A stretch of DNA of 64,000 nucleotides, from the NCBI GenBank assembly GCA_964016885.1, contig OZ024743.1, forward strand, positions 134,540,001 through 134,604,000, written 5' to 3'. The stretch is from Eledone cirrhosa (lineage: Eukaryota). A program made the translations under genes and the position numbers. Shown here piece after piece: positions 21,401 to 34,500 of the stretch; position 1 is the first letter of the stretch; each line of letters begins with the position of its first letter. The notes beneath the pieces were generated by a model. That model was not told the DNA's origin, did not search any database, and saw nothing but the letters and a program-made list of their open reading frames with translations.

Positions 21401-23725
21401 GCTTGGTGCTTGGTGTTTGGTGTTTGGTGCTTGGTGTTTGGTTCTTGGAGCTTGGTGCTTGGTCTTTGGTGCTTGGTGCTTGGTGCTTGGTGCTTGGTGC
21501 TTGGTGTCTGGTGCTTGGTGCTTGGTGTTTGGTGTTTGGTGTTTGGTGTTTGGTGCTTGGTGCTTTGTTCTGGGTGCTTGGTGCTTGGTGTTTGGTGTAT
21601 GGTGCTGGGTGCTTGGTGTTTGGTGCTTGGGGCTTGGTGATTGGTGTTTGGTGCTTGGTGCTTGGTGCTTGGTGCTTGGTGCTTGGTGTTTGGTGCTTGG
21701 TGTTTGGTGCTTGGTGCTTGGTGCTAGGTGTTTGGTGTTTGGTGTTTGGTGCTTGGTGCTTGGTGTTTGGTGCTTGGTGGTTGGTGCTTGGTGTTTGGTG
21801 CTTGGTGCTTGGTGTTTGGTGTTTGGCGCTTGGTGCTTGGTGTTTGGTGCTTGGTGCTTGGTGTTTGGTGTTTGGTGCTTGGTGCTTGCTGTCTGGTGTT
21901 TGGTGCTTGGTTCTTGGTGTTTGGTGCTTGGTGCTTGGTGTTTCGTGCTTGGTGCCTGGTGTTTGGTCTTTGGCGCTTGGTGCTTGGTGTTTGGTGCTTG
22001 GTGCTTGGAGTTTGGTGTTTGGTGCTTGATGCTTGCTGTCTGGTGTTTGGTGCTTGGTTCTTGGTGTTTGGTGATTGGTGCCTGGTACTTGGTGTTTGGT
22101 GCTCGGTGCTTGGTGCTTGGTGTTTCGTGCTTGGTGCTAGGTGTTTGGTCTTTGACGCTTGGTGCTTGGTGTTTGGTGCTTGGTACTTGGTTTTCGGTGT
22201 TTGGCGTTAGGTGTTTGGTGCTTGGTGCTTGGTGCTTGGTGCTTGGTGCTTGGTGTTTGGTGCTTGGTTCTTGGTGTTTGGTGCTTGGTGTTTGGTGCTT
22301 GGTGCTTGGTGTTTGGTGCTTGGTGCTTGGTGTTTGGTGTTTGGTGCTTGGTGCTTGGTGCTTGGTGTTTGGTGTTTGGTGCTTGGTGCTTGGTGTTTGG
22401 TGTTTGGTTCTTGGTGCTTGGTATTTGGTGCTTGGTGCTTGCTGCTTGGTGTTTGGTGCTTGGTGATTGATGCTTGGTGTTTGATGCTTGGTGCTTGGTG
22501 TTTGGTTTTTGGTGCTAGGTGCTTGGTGCTTGGTGTTTGGTGCTTGGTGCTTGGTGTTTGGTGTTTGGTGCTTGGCGCTTGGTGTTTGGTGTTTGGTGAT
22601 TGGTGCTTGGTGTTTGGTGCTTGGGATTTGGTACTTGGTGCTTGGTGTTTGGTGTTTGGTGCTTGGTGCTTGGTATTTGGTGTTTAGTGCTTGGTGCTTG
22701 GTTCTTGGTGTTTGGTGCTTGGTGCCTGGTGATTGGTGTTTGGTGCTTGGTGCTTGGTATTTGGGGCTTGGTCTTTGGTGCTTGGTGTTTGGTGCTTGGT
22801 GCTTGGTGCTTGGTGTTTGGTGCTTGGTGCTTGGTGCTAGATGTTTGGTTTTTAGTGCTCGGTGCTTGGTGATTGGTGTTTGTTGCTTGGTGCTTGATGT
22901 TTGGTGGTTGGTGCTTGGTGTTTGGTGTTTGGTGTTTGGTGTTTGCTGTTTGGTGTTTGCTGTTTGGTGTCTGCTGTTTGGTGTTTGCTGTTTGGCGTTT
23001 GCTGTTTGGTGTTTGCTGTTTGGTGTTTCCTGGTTGGTGTTTGGTGTTTGCTATTTGGTGTTTGGTGTTTGCTGTTTGTTGTTTGGTGTTTAGTGTTTGT
23101 TGTTTGGTGTTTGGTGTTTGGTGTTTGGTGCTTGGGGCTTGGTGTTTGCTCTTTGGTGCTTGGTGATTGGTTTTTGGTGTTTGGTGCTTGGTGCTTGGTG
23201 TATGGTGTTTGGTGCTTGGTGCTTGGTCTTTGGTGCTTGGTGCTTGGTGCTGGGTGTTTGGTTTTTAGTGCTTGGTGCTTGGTGATTGGTGTTTGTTGCT
23301 TGGTGCTTGGTGTTTGGTGCTTGGTGCTTGGTGTTTGGTGTTTGGTGTTTGGTGTTTGCTGTTTGGTGTTTGCTGTTTGGTGTTTGGTGTTTGGTGTTTG
23401 CTGTTTGGTGTTTGGTGTTTGCTGTTTGGTGTTTGGTGTCTGGTGTTTGGTGATTGGTGTTTGCTGTTTGGTGTTTGGTGTTTGGTGTTTGGTACTTGGC
23501 GCCTGGTGCTTGGTGTTTTGTGCTTGGTGCTTGGTGCTTGCTGTTTGGTGTTTGGTGTTTGTGTTTGCTGTTTGGCGATTGCTGTTTGGTGTTTGCTGTT
23601 TGGTGTTTCCTGGTTGGTGTTTGGTGTTTGCTATTTGGTGTTTGGTGTTTGCTGTTTGGTGTTTGTTGTTTAGTGTTTGTTGTTTGGTGTTTGGTGTTTG
23701 GTGATTGGTGCTTGGGGCTTGGTGT

Positions 23726-26700
23726 TTGCTCTTTGGTGCTTGGTGATTGGTTTTTGGTGTTTGGTGCTTGGTGCTTGGTGTATGGTGTTTGGTGCTTGGT
23801 GCTTGGTGCTTGGTGCTTGGTGTTTGGTGTTTGGTGCTTGGTGCTTGGTGTTTGGTGTTTGGTGCTTGGTGCTTGGTTCTGGGTGCATGGTGCTTGGTTT
23901 CTGGTGTTTGGGTCTTGGTGCTTGGTGTTTGGTGCTTGGGGCTTGGTGATTGGTGTTTGGTGCTTGGTGCTTGGTGCTTGGTGCTTGGTGCTTGGTGTTT
24001 GGTGCTTGGTGTTCGGTGCTTGGTGCTTGGTGCTAGGTGTTTGGTGTTTGGTGTTTGGCGCTTGGTGCTTGGTGTTTGGTGATTGGTGCTTGGTGTTTGG
24101 TGTTTGGTGCTTGGTGCTTGGTGTTTGGTGTTTGGTGCTTGGTGCTTTGTGTTTGGTGTTTTGTGCTTGGTGTTTGGTCCTTGGAGCTTGGTGCTTGGTT
24201 TTTGGTGCTTGGTGCTTGGTGCTTGGTGCTTGGTGTCTGGTGCTTGGTGCTTGGTGTTTGGTGTTTGGTGCTTTGTGCTTGGTGTTTGGTGTTTGGTGTT
24301 TGGTGTTTGGTGCTTGGTACTTGTTGTTTTATGTTTGGTGCTTGGTGCTTGGTGCTTGCTGTTTGGTGTTTGGTGCTTGGTGCTTGGTGTTTGGTGATTG
24401 GTGCTTGGTACTTGGTGTTTGGTGCTCAGTGCTTGGTGCTTGGTGTTTCGTGCTTGGTGCTTGGTGTTTGGTGCTTGGCGCTTGGTGTTTGGTGTTTGGT
24501 GATTGGTGCTTGGTGTTTGGTGCTTGGGATTTGGTGCTTGGTGCTTGGTGTTTGGTGTTTGGAGTTTGGTACTTGGTGCTTGGTGTTTGGTGTTTGGTGC
24601 TTGGTGCTTGGTGTTTGGTGTTTAGTGTTTGGTGCTTGGTTCTTGGTGTTTGGTGCTTGGTCCCTGGTGATTAGTGTTTGGTGCTTGGTGCTTGGTATTT
24701 GGGGCTTGGTCTTTGGTGCTTGGTGTTTGGTGCTTGGTGCTTGGTGCTTGGTGTTTGGTGCTTGGTGCTTGGTGCTAGGTGTTTGGTGTTTAGTGCTTGG
24801 TGCTTGGTGATTGGTGCTTGTTGCTTGGTGCTTGGTGTTTGGTGCTTGATGCTTGGTGTTTGGAGTTTGATGTTTGCTGTTTGCTGTTTGGTGTTTGCTG
24901 TTTGGTGTTTGCTGTTTGGTGTTTGCTGTTTCGTGTTTGCTGTTTGGTGTTTGGTGTTTGGTGTTTGCTGTTTGGTGTTTGGTGTTTGCTGTTTGGTGTT
25001 TGGTGTCTGGTGTTTGGTGATTGGTGTTTGCTGTTTGGTGTTTGGTGTTTGGTGTTTGGTGCTTGGCGCTTGGTGCTTGGTGTTTTGTGCTTGGTGCTTG
25101 GTGCTTGGTGTTTGTTGTTTGGTGTTTGTGTTTGCTGTTTGGCGTTTGCTGTTTGGTGTTTGCTGTTTGGTGTTTCCTGGTTGGTGTTTGGTGTTTGCTA
25201 TTTGGTGTTTGGTGTTTGCTGTTTGGTGTTTTGTGTTTAGTGTTTGCTTTTTGGTGTTTGGTGTTTGGTGTTTGGTGCTTGGGGCTTGGTGTTTGCTCTT
25301 TGGTGCTTGGTGATTGGTTTTTGGTGTTTGGTGCTTGGTACTTGGTGTATGGTATTTGGTGCTTGGTGCTTGGTGCTTGGTGCCTGGTGTTTGGTGTTTG
25401 GTGCTTGGTGCTTGGTGTTTGGTGTTTGGTGCTTGGTGCTTGGTTCTGGGTGCATGGTGCTTGGTGTTTGGTGTTTGGGTCTTGGTGCTTGGTGTTTGGT
25501 GCTTGGTGCTTGGTGTTTGGTGCTTGGTGTTCGGTGCTTGGTGCTTGGTGCTAGGTGTTTGGTGTTTGGTGTTTGGCGCTTGGTGCTTGGTGTTTGGTGA
25601 TTGGTGCTTGGTGTTTGGTGTTTGGTGCTTGGTGCTTGGTGTTTGGTGTTTGGTGCTTGGTGCTTTGTGTTTGGTGTTTGGTGCTTGGTGTTTGGTCCTT
25701 GGAGCTTGGTGCTTGGTTTTTGGTGCTTGGTGCTTGGTGCTTGGTGCTTGGTGTCTGGTGCTTGGTGCTTGGTGTTTGGTGTTTGGTGCTTTGTGCTTGG
25801 TGTTTGGTGTTTGGTGTTTGGTGTTTGGTGCTTGGTACTTGTTGTTTTATGTTTGGTGCTTGGTGCTTGGTGCTTGCTGTTTGGTGTTTGGTGCTTGGTG
25901 CTTGGTGTTTGGTGATTGGTGCTTGGTACTTGGTGTTTGGTGCTCGGTGCTTGGTGCTTGGTGTTTCGTGCTTGGTGCTTGGTGTTTGGTGCTTGGCGCT
26001 TGGTGTTTGGTGTTTGGTGATTGGTGCTTGGTGTTTGGTGCTTGGGATTTGGTGCTTGGTGCTTGGTGTTTGGTGTTTGGAGTTTGGTATTTGGTGCTTG
26101 GTGTTTCGTGTTTGGTGCTTGGTGTTTGGTGTTTAGTGCTTGGTGCTTGGTTCTTGGTGTTTGGTGCTTGGTCCCTGGTGATTAGTGTTTGGTGCTTGGT
26201 GCTTGGTATTTGGGGCTTGGTCTTTGGTGCTTGGTGTTTGGTGCTTGGTGCTTGGTGCTTGGTGTTTGGTGTTTGGTGCTTGGTGCTAGGTGTTTGGTGT
26301 TTAGTGCTTGGTGCTTGGTGATTGGTGCTTGTTGCTTGGTGCTTGGTGTTTGGTGCTTGGTGCTTTGTGTTTGGAGTTTGGTGTTTGCTGTTTGCTGTTT
26401 GGTGTTTGCTGTTTGGTGTTTGCTGTTTGCTGTTTGCTGTTTCGTGTTTGCTGTTTGGTGTTTGGTGTTTGGTGTTTGCTGTTTGGTGTTTGGTGTTTGC
26501 TGTTTGGTGTTTGGTGTCTGGTGTTTGGTGATTGGTGTTTGCTGTTTGGTGTTTGGTGTTTGGTGTTTGGTGCTTGGCGCTTGGTGCTTGGTGTTTTGTG
26601 CTTGGTGCTTGGTGCTTGGTGTTTGGTGTTTGGTGTTTGTGTTTGCTGTTTGGCGTTTGCTGTTTGGTGTTTGCTGTTTCCTGGTTGGTGTTTGGTGTTT

Positions 26701-28380
26701 GCTATTTGGTGTTTGGTGTTTGCTGTTTGGTGTTTTGTGTTTAGTGTTTGCTTTTTGGTGTTTGGTGTTTGGTGTTTGGTGCTTGGGGCTTGGTGTTTGC
26801 TCTTTGGTGCTTGGTGATTGTTTTTTGGTGTTTGGTGCTTGGTGCTTGGTGTATAGTGTTTGGTGCTTGGTGCTTGGTGTTTGGTGTTTGGTGCTTGGTG
26901 CTTGGTGTTTGGTGTTTGGTGCTTGGTGCTTGGTTCTGGGTGCATGGTGCTTGGTGTTTGGTGTTTGGGTCTTGGTGCTTGGTGTTTGGTGCTTGGGGCT
27001 TGGTGATTGGTGTTTGGTGCTTGGTGCTTGGTGCTTGGTGCTTGGTGTTTGGTGCTTGGTGTTCGGTGCTTGGTGCTTGGTGCTAGGTGTTTGGTGTTTG
27101 GTGTTTGGCGCTTGGTGCTTGGTGTTTGGTGATTGGTGCTTGGTGTATGGTGTTTGGTGCTTGGTGCTTGGTGTTTGGTGTTTGGTGCTTGGTGCTTTGT
27201 GTTTGGTGTTTGGTGCTTGGTGTTTGGTCCTTGGAGCTTGGTGCTTGGTTTTTGGTGCTTGGTGCTTGGTGCTTGGTGCTTGGTGTCTGGTGCTTGGTGC
27301 TTGGTGTTTGGTGTTTGGTGCTTTGTGCTTGGTGTTTGGTGTTTGGTGTTTGGTGTTTGGTGCTTGGTACTTGTTGTTTTATGTTTGGTGCTTGGTGCTT
27401 GGTGCTTGCTGTTTGGTGTTTGGTGCTTGGTGCTTGGTGTTTGGTGATTGGTGCTTGGTACTTGGTGTTTGGTGCTCGGTGCTTGGTGCTTGGTGTTTCG
27501 TGCTTGGTGCTTGGTGTTTGGTGCTTGGCGCTTGGTGTTTGGTGTTTGGTGATTGGTGCTTGGTGTTTGGTGCTTGGGATTTGGTGCTTGGTGCTTGGTG
27601 TTTGGTGTTTGGAGTTTGGTACTTGGTGCTTGGTGTTTGGTGTTTGGTGCTTGGTGCTTGGTGTTTGGTGTTTAGTGCTTGGTGCTTGGTTCTTGGTGTT
27701 TGGTGCTTGGTCCCTGGTGATTAGTGTTTGGTGCTTGGTGCTTGGTATTTGGGGCTTGGTCTTTGGTGCTTGGTGTTTGGTGCTTGGTGCTTGGTGCTTG
27801 GTGTTTGGTGCTTGGTGCTTGGTGCTAGGTGTTTGGTGTTTAGTGCTTGGTGCTTGGTGATTGGTGCTTGTTGCTTGGTGCTTGGTGTTTGGTGCTTGGT
27901 GCTTGGTGTTTGGAGTTTGGTGTTTGCTGTTTGCTGTTTGAGTGTTTGCTGTTTGGTGTTTGCTGTTTGGTGTTTGCTGTTTCGTGTTTGCTGTTTGGTG
28001 TTTGGTGTTTGGTGTTTGCTGTTTGGTGTTTGGTGTTTGCTGTTTGGTGTTTGGTGTCTGGTGTTTGGTGATTGGTGTTTGCTGTTTGGTGTTTGGTGTT
28101 TGGTGCTTGGCGCTTGGTGCTTGGTGTTTTGTGCTTGGTGCTTGGTGCTTGGTGTTTGGTGTTTGGTGTTTGTGTTTGCTGTTTGGCGTTTGCTGTTTGG
28201 TGTTTGCTGTTTGGTGTTTCCTGGTTGGTGTTTGGTGTTTGCTATTTGGTGTTTTGTGTTTGCTGTTTGGTGTTTTGTGTTTAGTGTTTGCTTTTTGGTG
28301 TTTGGTGTTTGTTGTTTGGTGCTTGGGGCTTGGTGTTTGCTCTTTGGTGCTTGGTGATTGGTGATTGGTTTTTGGTGTTT
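23726..28380 (+). repeat. Tandem X-type modules, period about 1.5-1.57 kb (3 copies), nested in the second 10 kb copy
   Basis: TTGCTCT at 23726, 25293, 26797 and 28337. ORF starts 24678/26189/27728 and 24037/25555/27087. Confidence 0.88.
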
Positions 28381-31300
28381 GGTGCTTGGTGCTTGGTGTA
28401 TGGTGTTTGGTACTTGGTGCTTGGTGCTTGGTGCTTGGTGTTTGGTGTTTGGTGCTTGGTGCTTTGTGTTTGGTGTTTGGTGCTTGGTGCTTGGTTCTGG
28501 GTGCTTGGTGCTTGGTGTTTGGTGTTTGGTGCTTGGTGCTTGGTGTTTGGTGCTTGGGGCTTGGTGATTGGTGTTTGGTGCTTGGTGCTTGGTGCTTGGT
28601 GCATGGTGCTTGGTGTTTGGTGCTTGGTGTTTGGTGCTTGGTGCTTGGTGCTAGGTGTATGGTGATTGGTGCTTGGTGTTTGGTGTTTGGTGCTTGGTGC
28701 TTGGTGTATGGTGATTGGTGCTTGGTGTTTGGTGTTTGGTGCTTGGTGCTTGGTGTTTGGTGTTTGGTGCTTGGTGCTTGGTGCATGGTGCTTCGTGTTT
28801 GGTGTTTGGTGCTTGGAGCTTGGTGTTTGGTGTTTGGTGCTTGGTGCTTTGTTCTGGGTGCTTGGTGCTTGTTGTTTGGTGCTTGGTGCTTGGTGCTTGG
28901 TGCTTGGTGCTTGGTGTTTGGTGCTTGGTGTTTGGTGCTTGGTGCTTGGTGCTAGGTGTTTGGTGTTTGGTGTTTGGTGCTTGGTGCTTGGTGTTTGGTG
29001 ATTGGTCCTTGGTGTTTGGTGTTTGGTGTTTGGTGTTTGGTGCTTGGTGCTAGGTGCTTGGTGCTTGGTGTTTGGTGTTTGGTGCTTGGTGGTTGGTGTT
29101 TGGTGTTTGGTGCTTGGTGCTTGGTTCTGGGTGCTTGGTGCTTGGTGTTTGGTGTTTGGTGCTTGGTGCTTGGTGTTTGGTGCTTGGGGCTTGGTGATTG
29201 GTGTTTGGTGCTTGGTGCTTGGTGCTTGGTGCTTGGTGCTTGGTGCTTGGTGCTTGGTGCTTGGTGTTTGGTGTTTGGGGCTTGCTGCTAGGTGCTTGGT
29301 GTTTGGTGCTTTGGGCTTGGTACTTGGTGTTTGGTGTTTGGTGCTTGGTGCTTGCTGTTTGGTGTTTGGTGCTTGGTGCTTGGTGTTTGGTGATTGGTGC
29401 TTGGTGCTTGGTGTTTAGTGTTTGGTGCTTGGTGTTTGGTGCTTGGTGCTTGGTGCTTGGTGCTCGGTGCTTGGTGATTGGTGCTTTATGTTTGTTGCTT
29501 GGTGCTTGGTGCTTGGTGATTGGTGCTTGGTGTTTGGGCCTGGTGTTTGGAGTTTGGTGCTCGGTGTTTGATGTGTGGTACTTGGTGCTTCGTGTTTGGT
29601 GTTTGGTGCTTGGCGCTTGGTGTTTGGTGTTTGGTCCTTGGCGTTTGCTGTTTGGCGTTTGGAGTTTGGCGTTTGCTTTTTGGCGTTTGCTGTTTGGTGT
29701 TTGGTGTTTGGTGTTTGCTGTTTGGTGTTTGCTGTTTGGTGTTTGCTGTTTGGTGTTTGGTGTTTGGTGTTTGCTGGTTGGTGTTTGGTGTTTGGTGTTT
29801 ACTGTTTGGTGTTTGCTGTTTGGTGCTTGGTGCTTGGTGTTTGGTGCATGGTGCTTGGTGCATGGTGCTTGGTGTTTGGTGCTTGGTGCTTGGTGTTTGG
29901 TGCTTGGGGCTTGGTGCTTGGTGTTTCCTGGTTGGTGTTTCCTGGTTGGTGTTTGGTGTTTGCTGTTTGGTGTTTGGTGTTTGCTGTTTGGTGTTTGCTA
30001 TTTGGTGTTTTGTGTTTGCTGTTTGGTGTTTGGTGTTTAGTGTTTGCTATTAGGTGTTTGGTGTTTGGTGTTTGGTGCTTGGGGCTTGGTGTTTGCTCTT
30101 TGGTGCTTGGTGATTGGTTTTTGGTGTTTGGTCCTTTGTGCTTGGTGTATGGTGTTTGGTGCTTGGTGCTTGGTGCTTGGTGCTTGGTGTTTGGTGTTTG
30201 GTGCTTGGTGCTTGTTGTTTGGTGTTTGGTGCTTGGTGCTTGGTTCTGGGTGCTTGGTGCTTGGTGTTTGGTGTTTGGGGCTTGGTGATTGGTGTTTGGT
30301 GCTTGGTGCTTGGTGCTTGGTGCTTGGTGTTTGGTGCTTGGTGCTTTGTTCTGGGTGCTTGGTGCTTGGTGTTTGGTGTTTGGTGCTGGGTGCTTGGTGT
30401 TTGGTGCTTGGGGCTTGGTGATTGGTGTTTGGTGCTTGGTGCTTGGTGCTTGGTGCTTGGTGCTTGGCGTTTGGTGCTTGCTGTTTGGTGATTGGTGATT
30501 GGTGCTAGGTGTTTGGTGTTTGGTGTTTGGCGCTTGGTGTTTGGTGTTTGGTGATTGGTGCTTGGTGTTTGGTGTTTGGTGCTTGGTGCTTGGTGCTTGG
30601 TGCTTGGTGCTTGGCGCTTGGCGCTTGGTGTTTGGTGTTTGGTGCTTGGCGTTTGCTGTTTGGCATTTGGGGTTTGGCATTTGCTGTTTGGCGTATGGGG
30701 TTTGGCGTTTGCTTTTTTGCGTTTGCTGTTTGGTGTTTGGTGCTTGGTGTTTGGTGTTTGGTACTTGGTGCTTGGTGTTTGGTGTTTGGTGCTTGGTGCT
30801 TGGTGTGTGGTGTTTGGTGCTTGGCGCTTGGTGTTTGGTGTTTGGTGCTTGGCGTTTGCTGATTGGCGTTTGGGGTTTGGCATTTGCTTTTTTGCGTTTG
30901 CTGTTTGGTGTTTGGTGCTTGGTGTTTGGTGTTTGGTACTTGGTGCTTGGTGTTTGGTGTTTGGTGCTTGGTGCTTGGTGTTTGGTGTTTGGTGCTTGGT
31001 GCTTGGTGTTTGGTGCTTGGTGCTTGGTGTTTGGTGCTTGGGGCTTGGTGATTGGTGTTTGGTGCTTGGTGTTTGGTGTTTGTTGCTTGGTGCTTGGTGT
31101 TTGGTGTTTGGTGCTTGGTGTTTGCTGTTTGGTGCTTGGTGCTTGGTGTTTGGTGCTTGGTGCTTGGTGCTTGGTGCCTGGTGCTTGGTGTTTGGTGCTT
31201 GGTGGTTGGTGCTTGGTGTTTGGTGCTTGGTGCTTGGAGTTTGGTGTTTGGCGCTTGGTGCTTGGTGTTTGGTGCTTGGTGCTTGGTGTTTGGTGTTTGG

Positions 31301-31527
31301 TGCTTGGTGTTTGGTGCTTGGAGCTTGGTGCTTGGTCTTTGGTGCTTGGTGCTTGGTGCTTGGTGCTTGGTGTCCGGTGCTTGGTGCTTGGTGTTTGGTG
31401 TTTGGTGTTTGGTGTTTGGTGCTTGGTGCTTTGTTCTGGGTGCTTGGTGCTTGGTGTTTGGTGTATGGTGCTGGGTGCTTGGTGTTTGGTGCTTGGGGCT
31501 TGGTGATTGGTGTTTGGTGCTTGGTGC

Positions 31528-34500
31528 TTGGTGCTTGGTGCTTGGTGCTTGGTGTTTGGTGCTTGGTGTTTGGTGCTTGGTGCTTGGTGCTAGGTGTTTG
31601 GTGTTTGGTGTTTGGTGCTTGGTGCTTGGTGTTTGGTGATTGGTCCTTGGTGTTTGGTGTTTGGTGTTTGGTGTTTGGTGCTTGGTGCTTGGTGCTTGGT
31701 GCTTGGTGTTTGGTGTTTGGTGCTTGGTGGTTGGTGTTTGGTGTTTGGTGCTTGGTGCTTGGTTCTGGGTGCTTGGTGCTTGGTGTTTGGTGTTTGGTGC
31801 TTGGTGCTTGGTGTTTGGTGCTTGGGGCTTGGTGATTGGTGTTTGGTGCTTGGTGCTTGGTGCTTGGTGCTTGGTGCTTGGTGCTTGGTGCTTGGTGTTT
31901 GGTGTTTGGTGCTTGCTGCTAGGTGCTTGGTGTTTGGTGCTTTGGGCTTGGTACTTGGTGTTTGGTGTTTGGTGCTTGGTGCTTGCTGTTTGGTGTTTGG
32001 TGCTTGGTGCTTGGTGTTTGGTGATTGGTGCTTGGTGCTTGGTGTTTAGTGTTTGGTGCTTGGTGTTTGGTGCTTGGTGCTTGGTGCTTGGTGCTCGGTG
32101 CTTGGTGATTGGTGCTTTGTGTTTGTTGCTTGGTGCTTGGTGCTTGGTGTTTGGTGCTTGGTGCTTGGTGTTTGGTGCTTGGGGCTTGGTGCTTGGTGTT
32201 TGGTGTTTCCTGGTTGGTGTTTCCTGGTTGGTGTTTGGTGTTTGCTGTTTGGTGTTTGGTGTTTGCTGTTTGGTGTTTGCTATTTGGTGTTTTGTGTTTG
32301 CTGTTTGGTGTTTGGTGTTTAGTGTTTGCTATTTGGTGTTTGGTGTTTGGTGTTTGGTGCTTGGGGCTTGGTGTTTGCTCTTTGGTGCTTGGTGATTGGT
32401 TTTTGGTGTTGGGTCCTTGGTGCTTGGTGTATGGTGTTTGGTGCTTGGTGCTTGGTGCTTGGTGCTTGGTGCTTGGTGTTTGGTGTTTGGTGCTTTGTGC
32501 TTGGTGTTTGGTGTTTGGTGCTTGGTGCTTGGTTCTGGGTGCTTGGTGCTTGGTGTTTGGTGTTTGGGGCTTGGTGATTGGTGTTTGGTGCTTGGTGCTT
32601 GGTGCTTGGTGCTTGGTGTTTGGTGCTTGGTGCTTTGTTCTGGGTGCTTGGTGCTTGGTGTTTGGTGTTTGGTGCTGGGTGCTTGGTGTTTGGTGCTTGG
32701 GGCTTGGTGATTGGTGTTTGGTGCTTGGTGCTTGGTGCTTGGTGCTTGGTGCTTGGCGTTTGGTGCTTGCTGTTTGGTGATTGGTGATTGGTGCTAGGTG
32801 TTTGGTGTTTGGTGTTTGGCGCTTGGTGTTTGGTGTTTGGTGATTGGTGCTTGGTGTTTGGTGTTTGGTGCTTGGTGCTTGGTGCTTGGTGCTTGGTGTT
32901 TGGTGCTTGGTGCTTGGTGTTTGGTGTTTGGTGCTTGGCGCTTGGTGTTTGGTGTTTGGTGCTTGGCGTTTGCTGTTTGGCGTTTGGGGTTTGGCATTTG
33001 CTGTTTGGCGTTTGGAGTTTGGCGTTTGCTTTTTGGCGTTTGCTGTTTTGTGTTTGGTGTTTGGTGTTTGCTGTTTGGTGTTTGCTGTTTGGTGTTTGCT
33101 GTTTGGTGTTTGCTGTTTGGTGCTTGGTGCTTGGTGTTTGGTGCATGGTGCTTGGTGCTTGGTGCTTGGTGTTTGGTGCTTGGTGGTTGGTGCTTGGTGT
33201 TTGGTGCTTGGTGCTTGGAGTTTGGTGTTTGGCGCTTGGTGCTTGGTGTTTGGTGCTTGGTGCTTGGTGTTTGGTGTTTGGTGCTTGGTGTTTGGTGCTT
33301 GGAGCTTGGTGCTTGGTCTTTGGTGCTTGGTGCTTGGTGCTTGGTGCTTGGTGTCTGGTGCTTGGTGCTTGGTGTTTGGTGTTTGGTGTTTGGTGTTTGG
33401 TGCTTGGTGCTTTGTTCTGGGTGCTTGGTGCTTGGTGTTTGGTGTATGGTGCTGGGTGCTTGGTGTTTGGTGCTTGGGGCTTGGTGATTGGTGTTTGGTG
33501 CTTGGTCTTGGTGCTTGGTGCTTGGTGCTTGGTGTTTGGTGCTTGGTGTTTGGTGCTTGGTGCTTGGTGCTAGGTGTTTGGTGTTTGGTGTTTGGTGCTT
33601 GGTGCTTGGTGTTTGGTGATTGGTCCTTGGTGTTTGGTGTTTGGTGTTTGGTGTTTGGTGCTTGGTGCTTGGTGCTTGGTGCTTGGTGTTTGGTGTTTGG
33701 TGCTTGGTGGTTGGTGTTTGGTGTTTGGTGCTTGGTGCTTGGTTCTGGGTGCTTGGTGCTTGGTGTTTGGTGTTTGGTGCTTGGTGCTTGGTGTTTGGTG
33801 CTTGGGGCTTGGTGATTGGTGTTTGGTGCTTGGTGCTTGGTGCTTGGTGCTTGGTGCTTGGTGCTTGGTGCTTGGTGTTTGGTGTTTGGTGCTTGCTGCT
33901 AGGTGCTTGGTGTTTGGTGCTTTGGGCTTGGTACTTGGTGTTTGGTGTTTGGTGCTTGGTGCTTGCTGTTTGGTGTTTGGTGCTTGGTGCTTGGTGTTTG
34001 GTGATTGGTGCTTGGTGCTTGGTGTTTAGTGTTTGGTGCTTGGTGTTTGGTGCTTGGTGCTTGGTGCTTGGTGCTCGGTGCTTGGTGATTGGTGCTTTGT
34101 GTTTGTTGCTTGGTGCTTGGTGCTTGGTGTTTGGTGCTTGGTGCTTGGTGTTTGGTGCTTGGGGCTTGGTGCTTGGTGTTTGGTGTTTCCTGGTTGGTGT
34201 TTCCTGGTTGGTGTTTGGTGTTTGCTGTTTGGTGTTTGGTGTTTGCTGTTTGGTGTTTGCTATTTGGTGTTTTGTGTTTGCTGTTTGGTGTTTGGTGTTT
34301 AGTGTTTGCTATTTGGTGTTTGGTGTTTGGTGTTTGGTGCTTGGGGCTTGGTGTTTGCTCTTTGGTGCTTGGTGATTGGTTTTTGGTGTTGGGTCCTTGG
34401 TGCTTGGTGTATGGTGTTTGGTGCTTGGTGCTTGGTGCTTGGTGCTTGGTGCTTGGTGTTTGGTGTTTGGTGCTTTGTGCTTGGTGTTTGGTGTTTGGTG

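Larger units (their letters stand above)
13200..31620 (+). repeat. About 10 kb duplication (about 13.2-21.75 kb vs about 23.2-31.6 kb; offsets about 9.8-10.1 kb); boundaries approximate
   Basis: ORF-track pairs 13448/23454, 13961/24037, 15154/25244, 16232/26189, 17102/27087, 18971/28956, 20178/30044 and 21728/31594. Shared 8-bp unit TTGAGTGT at 17953 and 27938. Shared 6-bp unit TTGGGC at 19710 and 29534. Confidence 0.92.
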